A program made the position numbers and the translations under genes. Shown one piece after another: positions 37,961 through 47,564 of a DNA stretch of 64,000 nucleotides. Origin of the DNA: an uncultured Holophagaceae bacterium (GTDB taxonomy: Bacteria; Acidobacteriota; Holophagae; Holophagales; Holophagaceae); NCBI GenBank assembly GCA_903868115.1, contig CAIPUA010000041.1:6377-70376 (forward strand), written 5' to 3'. Each line of letters opens with the position of its first letter. Within the stretch, counting starts at the first letter, position 1. Under the pieces are notes generated by a model. The model saw nothing but the letters and a program-made list of their open reading frames with translations. It was not told where the DNA came from and made no database searches.

Positions 37961-40540
37961 ATGCTCATTTCGAACGACGCCCGGCGAAGACCCTTTCTGC
38001 GCAGCGGCTTGCTGCCTCTCGCCCTAGTGGCGGGCCTTCATTCTCTTCCTGCCCTGGCCCAGGATTCCGAGGTCATTTCCAAGATCGAGGTGCTGGGAGC
38101 TCAGAAACTCACGCCTGAAACCGTGATCTTCAAGGCCGGCCTGAAGGTGGGTGACGATCTCCGGACGCTTGATTTCACTTCCATCCTGGAGAAGCTCTGG
38201 GCTTCCGGGGCCTTCGAGGACATCAAGTTCGAGATCGAAGAGAGCAAAGAGGGGAAGAAGCTCATCATCCGTGTGGCGGAGCGTCCCATCGTCAAGGAGA
38301 TCGACTACCGGGGCGGCACCGAGGTTGGCCTTAGTAATCTCAAGGACAAGATCAAGGAGAAGAAGCTCACCATCGCCGAGAACGGCGTCTACGACCCCGA
38401 GGCAGCCCGGAAGGTGAAGGGCCTTATCGTCGAGCAGTGCGCGGAGAAGGGGTTCCGCAATCCCGTGATCGATGTGAGCCTGGAACCCCTGGGTGGCGGG
38501 TTGGCGCGACTTGTCTTCGATATCAAGGAAGGTGGCAAGGTCAAGATCTACAAGGTGGCCTTCCGCGGGAACAAGCTCTTGAGCACTGCCCGGCTGCGTA
38601 CGGCTATGGAAAAAACGCGCAAACATTGGATGTTCAGCTGGCTCACCTCGCACGATCTGTTGGTCGACAAGAACCTCGAAGACGATCTCCAGAACATCAA
38701 GAAGGACTACTGGCGCCAGGGGTACAAGGATGTCTTCGTGGGCCAGCCCACCATCGATGTGGAAGACTTCACGACACCCAAGCAGAAAAAGAAAACCGAG
38801 AAACGGATCAAGGAGGCCAAGTCGCCCAAGTACGATATGCGGGCCACCCTGACCATTCCGATTCTCGAGGGCGAGAAATTCTACGAAGGCCGTCTCAAGA
38901 TCGAGGGCAACAACAAACTTTTCAGGGGCGAGGCCGGTGAAAAGTATCTCAAGCTGAAGATCGCGGAGGCCAAGCGGGACAACCGTTCGATCATGGCCAA
39001 GTTCCTGGATTTGAAGCCTTCCGCCGAAGATCTGCCCTCCAGCAAGCAGAGAGCCTTCGATCTGGATGCCCTCAACAAGGGTGTGGACAAGATCCGCGAG
39101 ACCTATTCGAACATGAGCTACATCATGTTCCGTGGAGAAAAGAAGCTCGAGATCCGCGAGGAGGGTGGCGTCAAGAAAGTGGACACGGTGTTGAAACTGG
39201 ACGAGGGCGAGCCCTACACGATCCGCCGGATTACCTTCGAGGGCAACACCACCACCAAGGACAAGGTCCTCCGCCGTTCCCTGATGGTAAAGGAGGGCGA
39301 CCCTTTCAGCATGGAAGGCTTCAAGGATTCCTACACCGGCCTGGGGCAGCTGGGCTTCTTTGATGTGAAGAACCAGGAACCCGACATCAAGCCCGATCCC
39401 GAAAAACCCGTGGTGGATATCAAAATCAAGGGCGAGGAGTCCGGCGTCAACGAACTGCTTTTCCAGGGTGGCTATGGTTCGCTCTTCGGCTTCTCCTTGG
39501 GGGTCAGTTTCTCCACCAAGAACCTGGGTGGCGGCGGTGAGACCCTGGGTTTCAGCTACAACGGTGGCGCCTACCAGCGGAACATGTCGATCTCCTTCAT
39601 GGAGCCCTACATCTTCGATATGCCGTATTCCCTGTCGGCCTCCATCGCCAACGGCACGACAGACTATGATGCCTCCCGCGTCGGCGTTGCGAACGCCTAC
39701 AAGCAGTTCACGCGCAGTCTCGGCCTTTCCACGGGCACCCGTCTGAGCACCTTCTTCCCCGGTCATCGGTGGGCCTTTTTCACGAGCTACGCGGTGGGTT
39801 ATAACTTCCGGATGATCCGTCTTGAGGGAGGTCGCAACTACTATTTCCGTGATTCCGGCACCCAGCTCACATCCTCGATAAACCAGAGCCTCACCTACAG
39901 CACGGTCAATCACCCCTTCAAGCCTACGGCGGGCACCAAGCTGGGCATGAGTCTGGAATACGGCGGTTGGCAGTTCGGCACGGACAAGCCCTTCTACCGG
40001 GCCACCTGGGAATTCACCAAGATCGCCAATATCGCGGAACGGCACATCTTTGCGGCGAACTTCACCTATGGCTATTTGCGGAACCTCAGCAACGAGACCC
40101 TTCCACTCTGGGAGATGTACCGGCCCGGTGGCGAGAATAGCATCCGTGGCTATCGCTACGGGCAGGTTGGCAGTGCCCTCAAGGACAGCAGTACCAATCT
40201 CGTGGTAGTGGGCGGTAACAAGCAGTTCATCGCGAACCTCGAGTACCAGTTTAAGATCGCTGACCAGTTCCGCACGGTGCTCTTCTATGATGCGGGCAAC
40301 GCCTGGGCGCCCGGTACCCCGGTCTTCAGCCGTGACCTCGTCCAGGGCAATAATGCCTATGGAAACGCGGTGGAATACCGAAATCCCACCCTGGTGCGCT
40401 CGATGGGTATCGAGCTGCGTTTCTTCCTGCCCATCAGCCCGGCTCCCCTTCGCCTGATCTGGTCCAAGAAACTGAATCCCTACCCCTTTGATCTCGAATC
40501 GAAGACCGACTTCCAGTTCAGCATCGGGACCACCTTCTGA
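37961..40540 (+). CDS. bamA: Outer membrane protein assembly factor BamA
   Basis: 859 aa; signal peptide; POTRA repeats (IEVLGAQKLTPETV.., IVKEIDYRGG.., IRRITFEGNTTTKDKVLRRSL); C-terminal beta-barrel ending ..FQFSIGTTF. Confidence 0.9.
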   Translation: MLISNDARRRPFLRSGLLPLALVAGLHSLPALAQDSEVISKIEVLGAQKLTPETVIFKAGLKVGDDLRTLDFTSILEKLWASGAFEDIKFEIEESKEGKKLIIRVAERPIVKEIDYRGGTEVGLSNLKDKIKEKKLTIAENGVYDPEAARKVKGLIVEQCAEKGFRNPVIDVSLEPLGGGLARLVFDIKEGGKVKIYKVAFRGNKLLSTARLRTAMEKTRKHWMFSWLTSHDLLVDKNLEDDLQNIKKDYWRQGYKDVFVGQPTIDVEDFTTPKQKKKTEKRIKEAKSPKYDMRATLTIPILEGEKFYEGRLKIEGNNKLFRGEAGEKYLKLKIAEAKRDNRSIMAKFLDLKPSAEDLPSSKQRAFDLDALNKGVDKIRETYSNMSYIMFRGEKKLEIREEGGVKKVDTVLKLDEGEPYTIRRITFEGNTTTKDKVLRRSLMVKEGDPFSMEGFKDSYTGLGQLGFFDVKNQEPDIKPDPEKPVVDIKIKGEESGVNELLFQGGYGSLFGFSLGVSFSTKNLGGGGETLGFSYNGGAYQRNMSISFMEPYIFDMPYSLSASIANGTTDYDASRVGVANAYKQFTRSLGLSTGTRLSTFFPGHRWAFFTSYAVGYNFRMIRLEGGRNYYFRDSGTQLTSSINQSLTYSTVNHPFKPTAGTKLGMSLEYGGWQFGTDKPFYRATWEFTKIANIAERHIFAANFTYGYLRNLSNETLPLWEMYRPGGENSIRGYRYGQVGSALKDSSTNLVVVGGNKQFIANLEYQFKIADQFRTVLFYDAGNAWAPGTPVFSRDLVQGNNAYGNAVEYRNPTLVRSMGIELRFFLPISPAPLRLIWSKKLNPYPFDLESKTDFQFSIGTTF

Positions 40541-40599
40541 TCCATGGTTGGCACGCCCCCGGTCACCGCGATAAACTGACGCTTCACTTTGGAGTATCC

Positions 40600-41187
40600 A
40601 TGCGCCGTTTCCTCACCGCCCTCGCTCTGGTCGCTGCGATTCCCGTCGTCGCTCAGGAGCCCATCACCCGCTTCGGAGTCTTCGCACCTCAGCGCGTTAT
40701 TGAGACTTCGGTTCGCGCCAAGAAGGTCTTCGCCGAGCTGGAAGTGCTCAACAAGACACTCACCGAAAAGCTCAAGTTCAAGGGGGAGGAGATGCAGAAG
40801 CTGGAGCAGCAGATCAAGTCTCCCGCCCTTTCCGAGGAAGGCCGGGCCAAGCTTCAGCGTGAATTCCAGGATGGCGAACTGGGCTTCAAACGCCTTCAGG
40901 AGGATAGTCAGGCCGAGTTCCAGAAGGCCGAGCAGAAGGCCATGGGCCAGTTCAACCAGGAAATCGGCCCCATCCTGCTGGAGCTTGCCAAGGAACTGAA
41001 GCTGCAGATGCTCTTCCAGTTCAACCAGCAGATCATGATCCCGGTGGATGTCGCCGCGATCTCGTCCTTCTCGGACGAACTGGCCAAGCGCTACGACAAG
41101 AAGTTCGAAGGCGGCGTACCGGCTGCGGACAAACCCGCGACCGAAAAACCTGCCGTGAAGGCCGCTCCGAAGACGCCCAAGAAGTAA
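40600..41187 (+). CDS. skp: OmpH/Skp family periplasmic chaperone
   Basis: 195 aa; signal peptide; coiled-coil Q/E/K-rich body; directly downstream of bamA. Confidence 0.8.
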   Translation: MRRFLTALALVAAIPVVAQEPITRFGVFAPQRVIETSVRAKKVFAELEVLNKTLTEKLKFKGEEMQKLEQQIKSPALSEEGRAKLQREFQDGELGFKRLQEDSQAEFQKAEQKAMGQFNQEIGPILLELAKELKLQMLFQFNQQIMIPVDVAAISSFSDELAKRYDKKFEGGVPAADKPATEKPAVKAAPKTPKK

Positions 41188-41643
41188 TCAGCGTCCCGTC
41201 GAGCCATAGCCTCCCTCGCCGCGTTCGGTCCTGCCGAGCGCGGCGGGGTGCCTTTCGGGCTCCCATACCCATCGGGCTACCGGCGCCACGAGCAGTTGTG
41301 CGATGCGATCACCCCGGTGGATCTCGAAGGGCTCGGTCCCATGGTTGATGAGCAGGACCGTCACTTCGCCCCGATAGTCGGCGTCGATGGTGCCCGGCGC
41401 GTTGAGCACGGTGATCCCGTGGCGCAAGGCGAGCCCGGAGCGGGGGCGCACCTGGGCCTCGAAGCCCACTGGCACCGCAAGGATGAGTGCCGTGGGCACC
41501 AGCCGACGTTCCCCCGGCTGTAGAGTCCAGCATTCCGGCTCAGGCAGGGCCGCCCGCAGGTCCATGCCGGCCGCATGGGCGGTGGCATATTCGGGCAACG
41601 GCAGACCCTCGCCGTGGGGAAGGACGTGAAGGGTGATGCGCAT
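41188..41643 (-). CDS. dut: dUTP diphosphatase
   Basis: 151 aa; ..AAGMDLRA.., [44 protein letters not shown]. Confidence 0.94.
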   Translation of the reverse strand: MRITLHVLPHGEGLPLPEYATAHAAGMDLRAALPEPECWTLQPGERRLVPTALILAVPVGFEAQVRPRSGLALRHGITVLNAPGTIDADYRGEVTVLLINHGTEPFEIHRGDRIAQLLVAPVARWVWEPERHPAALGRTERGEGGYGSTGR

Positions 41644-41645
41644 GA

Positions 41646-42713
41646 TCAGGACCTCGAGATGGCCATGGCGAGGGCCGAGCCGTGGCCCCCAGGAATCGCG
41701 ACAATGCCGGTCTGGAACGGGTCGGTTTGAAGCACCAGTGAAACCAGGAGTCGGACACCACTGACACCCAGGGGGTCGCCCAGGGCCAAGGCACCGCCCG
41801 CCGGGTTTACTTGGTTCGGGTCGAGTTCGGGAAGTTCAGACAGCAGGGCCAGCACGTGGGCCGCCGAAGGCTCGTGGATTTCCCACCTGTCGACATCCTT
41901 GAAACCGAGACCGGTGCGGAGCAGGAGTAGCCGGATGGCTGAGGCACAGCCTGATCCCGTTTCGACCCAGTCCAGGATGCGGCCCAATGGTGTGGCCCCG
42001 GGCGGAATGGCCGAGGCCAGGAGCAGGGTGGCGGCTCCATCGGCCGAAGCGGCGAGATTGGCCGTTGGAACAACCCGGGACGCTTCGGGTGGTTCGTCCT
42101 CGAGGATGATGCGAGGCCCTACCCTGCCCAGGAGGGTCATTGGAGCGATTTCCCGAACCCGGGAGGCACGGGCCGCGAGGGCCTTGCGTCGACTGGCGGC
42201 CGTCCAGGCATCCTGGGCTTCGCGTGAGAGCCCGAAGCGGAGGATCAGTTCTTCGGCCTCCAGGGCCACAGGAGGGCCATCGATAAGGATACTATCGAGC
42301 ATTACGGCCTCGCCCATGCGGATGCCCCACCGCGCATCCGGGACGAGGTAGGGGGCGCGCGAGAGGCTCTGGGTTGCACCCGCCAGAATGAAGTCCGAAC
42401 CCCCGAGTTGGAGGCTCTGGGCGGCCAAAGCCACGGCCTTAAGTCCAGAGACGGCTCCGGCACAGGGGGCGTGGGCCGCAACATGGGCCAGAATGTCCGC
42501 AGCCAGTGCTGCCCATCGAGCTGGTTGGCCCCCGGCTCCAGCCGGCAGGGCGCAGCCCAGGATCACCTCATCGATTCGATCCGCTTCGATGCTGCCCCGA
42601 CGCAGCGTCTCTCGCAGGGCGTGGGCTCCCAGTTCGGGCGCAGCAAGAGCCTTCAGCCACCCCCCGAAGGCGCCAAGGGGAGTCCGGGCTGCGGCAAGGA
42701 CGAAGGTAGGCAA
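41646..42713 (-). CDS. Thiolase-fold protein, catalytic residues apparently substituted
   Basis: 355 aa, collinear with acetyl-CoA acetyltransferases ([55 protein letters not shown]). It reads AV-SGLK where thiolases have CGSGLK, GDP for GHP, and AIPGGHG for LCIGGGQG. Confidence 0.7.
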   Translation of the reverse strand: MPTFVLAAARTPLGAFGGWLKALAAPELGAHALRETLRRGSIEADRIDEVILGCALPAGAGGQPARWAALAADILAHVAAHAPCAGAVSGLKAVALAAQSLQLGGSDFILAGATQSLSRAPYLVPDARWGIRMGEAVMLDSILIDGPPVALEAEELILRFGLSREAQDAWTAASRRKALAARASRVREIAPMTLLGRVGPRIILEDEPPEASRVVPTANLAASADGAATLLLASAIPPGATPLGRILDWVETGSGCASAIRLLLLRTGLGFKDVDRWEIHEPSAAHVLALLSELPELDPNQVNPAGGALALGDPLGVSGVRLLVSLVLQTDPFQTGIVAIPGGHGSALAMAISRS

Positions 42714-42861
42714 TGGCTCTCCATTACTGGATAAACCTTACCATCCCAACCTGAAGGCTCTTGTCTTGGCCCCGTGGTTGGGCCCCCAGCTAATCCGTTC
42801 CCTGGTTCGCGCGTTTTACATATGTCCGAGCCCGAACTCGGTTCTTTTCCAAGGAGAGACC

Positions 42862-43773
42862 ATGAAATTCGCCCGCGTTTCCTTGACCCTGGGGGCCCTT
42901 CTGGTCTGTGGTGCCCTCGTGGCCCAGGTGCCCGCTCCGCCGCCACCGCCCGCTCCCCCGGCGCCGCCCGCGCCGCCTGAGCCCCAGATGGTGGGGAAAA
43001 TCCGGACCGAGAAGCGCACGGAGAGGCTCGCCAACGGTTCGAAGCTCTGGATCAAGAACCGGAACGGCGGCATCCGTGTGACGGGCTGGGACCGCGAGGA
43101 AGTCGTCCTCACAGCCGAAATCCGGGATACCGAGCGCCGGAAGATCGAACTCCTCGTGCAACGCAAGGGTGAGGATCTCGATATTGAGGCACTCTTTCAG
43201 CACCCCCATTGGACTTTTTCCTTCGGTTCCGTGCAGAGTCCTCGGTGTGAGATGACCTTGAATGTGCCCCGTAAGCTCCAGGCCCATTTCCGCACGACGA
43301 ACGGAACAGTCTCCGTGGTCGCGATCGAGGGCTTTATCAACTGCGAGACCACCAACGGCGACATCAAGGCCCGCGAGATCGCAGGCGAGGTCCACGCGGA
43401 CACCACCAACGGGACCATCGAAGCGGTGAAGTTGCGGGCCCGCATCCGGGGCGGCACGACGAATGGCCGGATCATCCTCGAGGATGTGGACGGCGGCATC
43501 CGTATGGAAACCACCAACGGGTCCATCCAGGCCCGCAATCTCGACGGCTGGGATGAGGGCATTTCGCTGGAGACCACCAACGGGTCCATCGAAATGGAAC
43601 TCGGAAAGGCCAGCGGTGAGCTGCGAGCCTCGAACAGCCATGGCAACCTGGAGGTGAAGCTGCCCGGTGCCCAGGTGATCGAAGTATCGAAGCACAGCGC
43701 CCACCTGAAGGTGCCCGGCCGGAACCAGAAGATCACCCTCGCCACGACCAATGGCAGCATCCGCGTCCGCTAG
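42862..43773 (+). CDS. DUF4097 beta-strand-repeat protein (putative adhesin-like, secreted) with poly-Pro linker
   Basis: ATG 42862 with AAGGAGAGA upstream. Signal peptide MKFARVSLTLGALLVCGALVAQ, then PAPPPPPAPPAPPAPPEP. Repeated TTNG(D/T/S/R)I modules. The ORF upstream of 42862 is antisense to the thiolase-like gene. Confidence 0.75.
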   Translation: MKFARVSLTLGALLVCGALVAQVPAPPPPPAPPAPPAPPEPQMVGKIRTEKRTERLANGSKLWIKNRNGGIRVTGWDREEVVLTAEIRDTERRKIELLVQRKGEDLDIEALFQHPHWTFSFGSVQSPRCEMTLNVPRKLQAHFRTTNGTVSVVAIEGFINCETTNGDIKAREIAGEVHADTTNGTIEAVKLRARIRGGTTNGRIILEDVDGGIRMETTNGSIQARNLDGWDEGISLETTNGSIEMELGKASGELRASNSHGNLEVKLPGAQVIEVSKHSAHLKVPGRNQKITLATTNGSIRVR

Positions 43774-43807
43774 AAAGAATGGCACCCAGCTGCGCTAAGC
43801 TTGGCGC

Positions 43808-45481
43808 ATGCGCATTCCGGTTCTCCGCATCCTTGCACCGCTTCTCGCGGTCACGGCCCTTGCCCAGGTTCCCGAGGTCAAGGAACGCCGACTCGCCAAT
43901 GGTTTTCAAGTCTTGTGTGTCGAGCGACCCGGGGTGGGTGCCTTCCACGCCCGGCTCGTGGTGCGGGGGGGGCGGGCCGATACGGGCACCCTACCGGCGG
44001 CAGCGGCGGAACTACTGGCGCGCACATTCTTCAATCGTCTCCTGCCCGAGGAGACAGGCCCCGAGAACGGCTACGAAGCACTCCTGAAGCAGGAGGAGGG
44101 TGCCTTCGAGACCCTTCGTCTGGAGCGAATCCGTCGGATTCGGCAAATAGGCGCCGAAGGACCATCGGAGGATCTGGGCCTGGCCCAGTTGCATGCCAAG
44201 CACTGGGCAGAGCTGCGGGCGAAAATCGAAGCCTCGGCCCTGCGGGATCCCCTGGAGGCTCTCGGCGCCACACGGCGGGAAGCGTCTTCCGGGGCCGATG
44301 AAATCGCCTTCAGTCTGGATTTGCCCGCCCCTGCCTTCGAGCCCTGGTGTCGACTCGAACAGCGGCACCTCCAGCGCCTCGCCCTTTTCCAGTTTCCTAT
44401 TGAGCGTGAGCGCCTGATCCTAGAACTCGAGAAGGGGTACCACAAAGCTGAAGAGGCCCTTTCGATCCTTCTGGGGACGGCCTTAAGCGGCCACCCCTAT
44501 GCGCAGACCTACGATCTGCAAAAGGGAAGCCTCGAGGGGCTCACCTGGTCTGGACTCCGCGCCTTTGCGCACACCCTTTTCTCGCCGGAGCGGATGACGC
44601 TTGTCCTGGTAGGGGATTTGAAGTTGGAGGCGGCGCTGCCGGCCCTGGAGGCGAGTTTCGGGGCCTTGACCGTGGCCCAGGAGGGACGGGGACGGCGGGA
44701 AGACCGCAGCGTTGAGTTGCCTCAGGCGCCCGGCTATCGCCGTCTTCAGGCCAGCACGGCTGGGGAACCCCATTTCTTTGCGGCCTGGCGGATTCCCCCG
44801 GCGAACCATCCCGACGATGTGGCCCTCCGAATCCTTGCCCAGGTCCTGGGGGGCTCGAAAGGCTCCCGGCTCATTCGACGCATCCAGGAGGAACGAGGCC
44901 TTGCTCGCAGGATTTCCGTGCGGGTAGGTGTTCCTGGGGGGCGGGATCCCTCCCTCTTCATCATCGAGGTCAGGCCTGCTGACGGGCATGGTCTGGCGGA
45001 AATCGAGGAGGCGCTCCACGGGGAAATTCTCCGCATTCAGCGCGAATTTTTTCCAGAAGAAGAGATTCGCCGGGCTCAGCGCCAGATGGAGACGGAGTCG
45101 CTGATGGTTCAGGAGGACGCGGCCTCACTAGCCAGGATGCTAGGCCGAGCCGTGGCCCAGTCCGGGGACTGGCATCAGGCCTTTCGAGTTCGAAGCCTTG
45201 GCCGAGATCTTACCCAGGAAGAAATCCAGGGCGTGGCCCGGCGCTACCTGGTTCCCGGCCAGGGGATCAGCGCCCTCCTGGAAGCCGATCCGCTATTGGC
45301 GCCAAGGGATTCTCTGGAGGAAAAACTGGGAAAGATCCTGACGATCCTGGTGCAGCGAAAGCTGGAGGATCCGGCTCTGGTCGAGGCTGTGGTGCGGGAA
45401 ACCCTGCGACAGGTGCGCATGCTCTCCGTCTCCGAGCGCGAACAGACCATCAAGCTGCTTGAAGCCCAGACGGGATCATGA
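43808..45481 (+). CDS. M16 (pitrilysin/insulinase)-family protein lacking the HxxEH zinc motif, secreted
   Basis: 557 aa; signal peptide MRIPVLRILAPLLAVTALAQ; M16 N- and C-domain layout (RRLANGFQVLCVERPG..., ..ILLGTALSGHPY.., ..RLIRRIQEERGLA). No HxxEH anywhere in the translation. Confidence 0.7.
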   Translation: MRIPVLRILAPLLAVTALAQVPEVKERRLANGFQVLCVERPGVGAFHARLVVRGGRADTGTLPAAAAELLARTFFNRLLPEETGPENGYEALLKQEEGAFETLRLERIRRIRQIGAEGPSEDLGLAQLHAKHWAELRAKIEASALRDPLEALGATRREASSGADEIAFSLDLPAPAFEPWCRLEQRHLQRLALFQFPIERERLILELEKGYHKAEEALSILLGTALSGHPYAQTYDLQKGSLEGLTWSGLRAFAHTLFSPERMTLVLVGDLKLEAALPALEASFGALTVAQEGRGRREDRSVELPQAPGYRRLQASTAGEPHFFAAWRIPPANHPDDVALRILAQVLGGSKGSRLIRRIQEERGLARRISVRVGVPGGRDPSLFIIEVRPADGHGLAEIEEALHGEILRIQREFFPEEEIRRAQRQMETESLMVQEDAASLARMLGRAVAQSGDWHQAFRVRSLGRDLTQEEIQGVARRYLVPGQGISALLEADPLLAPRDSLEEKLGKILTILVQRKLEDPALVEAVVRETLRQVRMLSVSEREQTIKLLEAQTGS

Positions 45482-46659
45482 GACGCCACCCGCGATTGCT
45501 TGTCTGGGTGCTCGCGGCACACCTAGGCCTTGCGGCAGGCTCCGAGACCTTGCAGGAATTCCGCACACCCAGCGGCCTTCGCGTGTTCCTCGATGAGCGT
45601 CACGAGCGGCCCCTGGTGCGTCTGGAACTGCGGCTAGCCTGGGATGACCGGGCATTGCCTGGTGGCAGCGAGTGCGCCGGCGAGTTGATGTGTGCTGTGC
45701 TGGGTCGCTGCGGCGCGGGCGGATTCAGCCGCATGGCCCTGGAACGGACACTGGCGGACCGAGGCTTGAAACTGGGTCTGGAGGGCGGAAGGCATTCTCT
45801 GGCTTGGTCCATGTTGGCCGATAGTCAGGACCAGGAGGATGCCTTCGCCTTTCTCGCCCATGCGGTCTTTCGTCCCATCCTTGCGGAGGGTGTCTCCTCG
45901 GTCCAGCAGGATTCCAAGCGGGCGGTCACCTCGGAGGACGCGTTCAAGGCCGGCCTGAACTTCCTGACCGAAGGAGTGACGACCTGCGACCTCGATCTTC
46001 CTGGATTCTTGGCCCTCCATCGGCGGTTGGTGCGCCCGAAACACGCGGTGTTAGTGATCCAGGGCGACCTCAGCCTGGTGCAGGCCAGGCAACTCGTGCT
46101 GCTCCACCTGGGCACCTGGGGCCCGGCTTCCGAAGCGCCGACCGAAGGAGAGAAAGCACCCCTGCGGCTCGCCTCGCGTCAGACCATTCCTGGGGGAGAG
46201 CGGGCAGCCTGGGCGGGATCCCTCGCACCCGAAGGCAAGGCGTCTGCTCGAGCGGCCCATGTGCTTCTGGCGTTCCTCCTGGAGCGCGTTTTGCGTTTGA
46301 CCCCGGGAGAAACCATCGCAGTGGAGGCTCCCCGGCCTGAGGGCGATGTCGGGCCCATCCTCTTCAGGACCCTCGTGTCTGTCTCTTCCGATCCCGAACG
46401 CCTCCTGCGGGACCGACTGGACCGTCTCGCTGCGAGTGGGTTCAGCGCTGCGGACCTGGAAGGAGCCAAGCGGCAGTGGCGAGCAGAACGGCTCGCCCTG
46501 GCGCTCCATCCGGAAGAGCAGTTGTCGGCCTGGGCCCATCGATTCCTGCGCGGTGATCCGGGCGCCTTCCTGGAAGAAATCCAATTGGAGGGCGTGAACG
46601 CCGCCCTTCGCAGCCGGATTTCCCCTCAGGCCCTCCATTGGCTGGTAAAGGGGAACTGA
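45478..46659 (+). CDS. M16-family protein (second subunit-like), also lacking HxxEH, secreted
   Basis: 393 aa; start overlaps the upstream stop by 4 nt; signal-like N-terminus; ..TPSGLRVFLDERHERPLVRLELRL..; no HxxEH. Confidence 0.6.
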   Translation: MRRHPRLLVWVLAAHLGLAAGSETLQEFRTPSGLRVFLDERHERPLVRLELRLAWDDRALPGGSECAGELMCAVLGRCGAGGFSRMALERTLADRGLKLGLEGGRHSLAWSMLADSQDQEDAFAFLAHAVFRPILAEGVSSVQQDSKRAVTSEDAFKAGLNFLTEGVTTCDLDLPGFLALHRRLVRPKHAVLVIQGDLSLVQARQLVLLHLGTWGPASEAPTEGEKAPLRLASRQTIPGGERAAWAGSLAPEGKASARAAHVLLAFLLERVLRLTPGETIAVEAPRPEGDVGPILFRTLVSVSSDPERLLRDRLDRLAASGFSAADLEGAKRQWRAERLALALHPEEQLSAWAHRFLRGDPGAFLEEIQLEGVNAALRSRISPQALHWLVKGN

Positions 46660-46663
46660 GCCC

Positions 46664-47563
46664 CTAATCGAGCCCGACGCCGAAGCGACCGGCCAGGTCC
46701 AGGTAGCGGCTTCGGATTTCTTCGATTATCTCCAAAGGAAGATCCGGTGCGGGCGCCTGCTTGTTCCAGTCCTGCAGCGACTCGAGGTAGTCCCGCAGGT
46801 ACTGCTTGTCCAGGCTGGGCGGGTTGATGCCGGGCGTCCACGGGTCGGCGAGCCAGTAGCGGCTGGAGTCCGGCGTCAGCACCTCGTCGATGACGAGCAG
46901 GCCTCCGTCCTCCAGAAGACCGAATTCAAACTTGGTGTCGGCAAGCAGGATGCCCCGCTGAGCCGCCAGTTGCACCCCGCGGGCATAGAGCGCGAGGCTG
47001 ATATCCCGCAGCCTGAAGCCCAGCTCGAACCCCACGATGTCGCACATGCGCGCGAAGCTGATGTTGATGTCGTGCCCCTCATCCTCCTTGGTGGCGGGCG
47101 TGAAGATGGGTTCAGGCAGGCGCTCCGCCATGCGGAGACCGGGCGGGAGTTGGATGCCGCAGACGGTGCCGCCCGCCGCGTACTCCTTCAGCCCAGAGCC
47201 GGCCAGATAGCCCCGCACCACGCATTCAATGGGCAGCGGGTTCGTGCGGTGGACCAGGACGGAGCGGCCCCTGAGTTGCTCGGCGAAGGGGTGGAGACTG
47301 GCTGGGAAGTCCTCCACCTTCGTCGCCACGAGATGGTTCGGCACAATATCCGAGGTGGATCCGAACCAGTAGTTCGCCACCTGGGTCAAGATCTTGCCCT
47401 TGTCTGGAATGCCCTGGGGCATGACGCAGTCGAAGGCGGAGATGCGGTCCGTGGCAACCATCAGGAGTTGGGCGCCGAGATCGTAGACATCGCGAACCTT
47501 GCCTCGACGGAAGGCCGGGAAAGGCAATTGGGTGGAGAGCAGGGGGGAGGTTGTCATGGCCAC
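46664..47563 (-). CDS. purC: Phosphoribosylaminoimidazole-succinocarboxamide (SAICAR) synthase
   Basis: 299 aa; ..RGKVRDVYDLG..LLMVATDRISAFD.., LADTKFEFG. Confidence 0.95.
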   Translation of the reverse strand: MAMTTSPLLSTQLPFPAFRRGKVRDVYDLGAQLLMVATDRISAFDCVMPQGIPDKGKILTQVANYWFGSTSDIVPNHLVATKVEDFPASLHPFAEQLRGRSVLVHRTNPLPIECVVRGYLAGSGLKEYAAGGTVCGIQLPPGLRMAERLPEPIFTPATKEDEGHDINISFARMCDIVGFELGFRLRDISLALYARGVQLAAQRGILLADTKFEFGLLEDGGLLVIDEVLTPDSSRYWLADPWTPGINPPSLDKQYLRDYLESLQDWNKQAPAPDLPLEIIEEIRSRYLDLAGRFGVGLD

Positions 47564-47564
47564 C

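Noticed and set aside
38024-40045. 673-aa ORF antisense to bamA
   Set aside because: The same GC3 shadow-ORF effect. bamA on the plus strand has POTRA repeats and a barrel with a terminal Phe, and the antisense product has no recognisable family.
42388-42861. 158-codon upstream extension of the DUF4097 ORF
   Set aside because: It is antisense to the thiolase-like gene and Ala/Arg/Pro-rich. ATG 42862 has an SD and yields a proper signal peptide.
42925-42985. GC-rich CCGCC/CCGCG repeats as a DNA-level tandem repeat
   Set aside because: The stretch encodes the in-frame poly-Pro/Ala linker (PAPPPPPAPPAPPAPPEP) of the DUF4097 protein. It is coding low complexity rather than a non-coding repeat.
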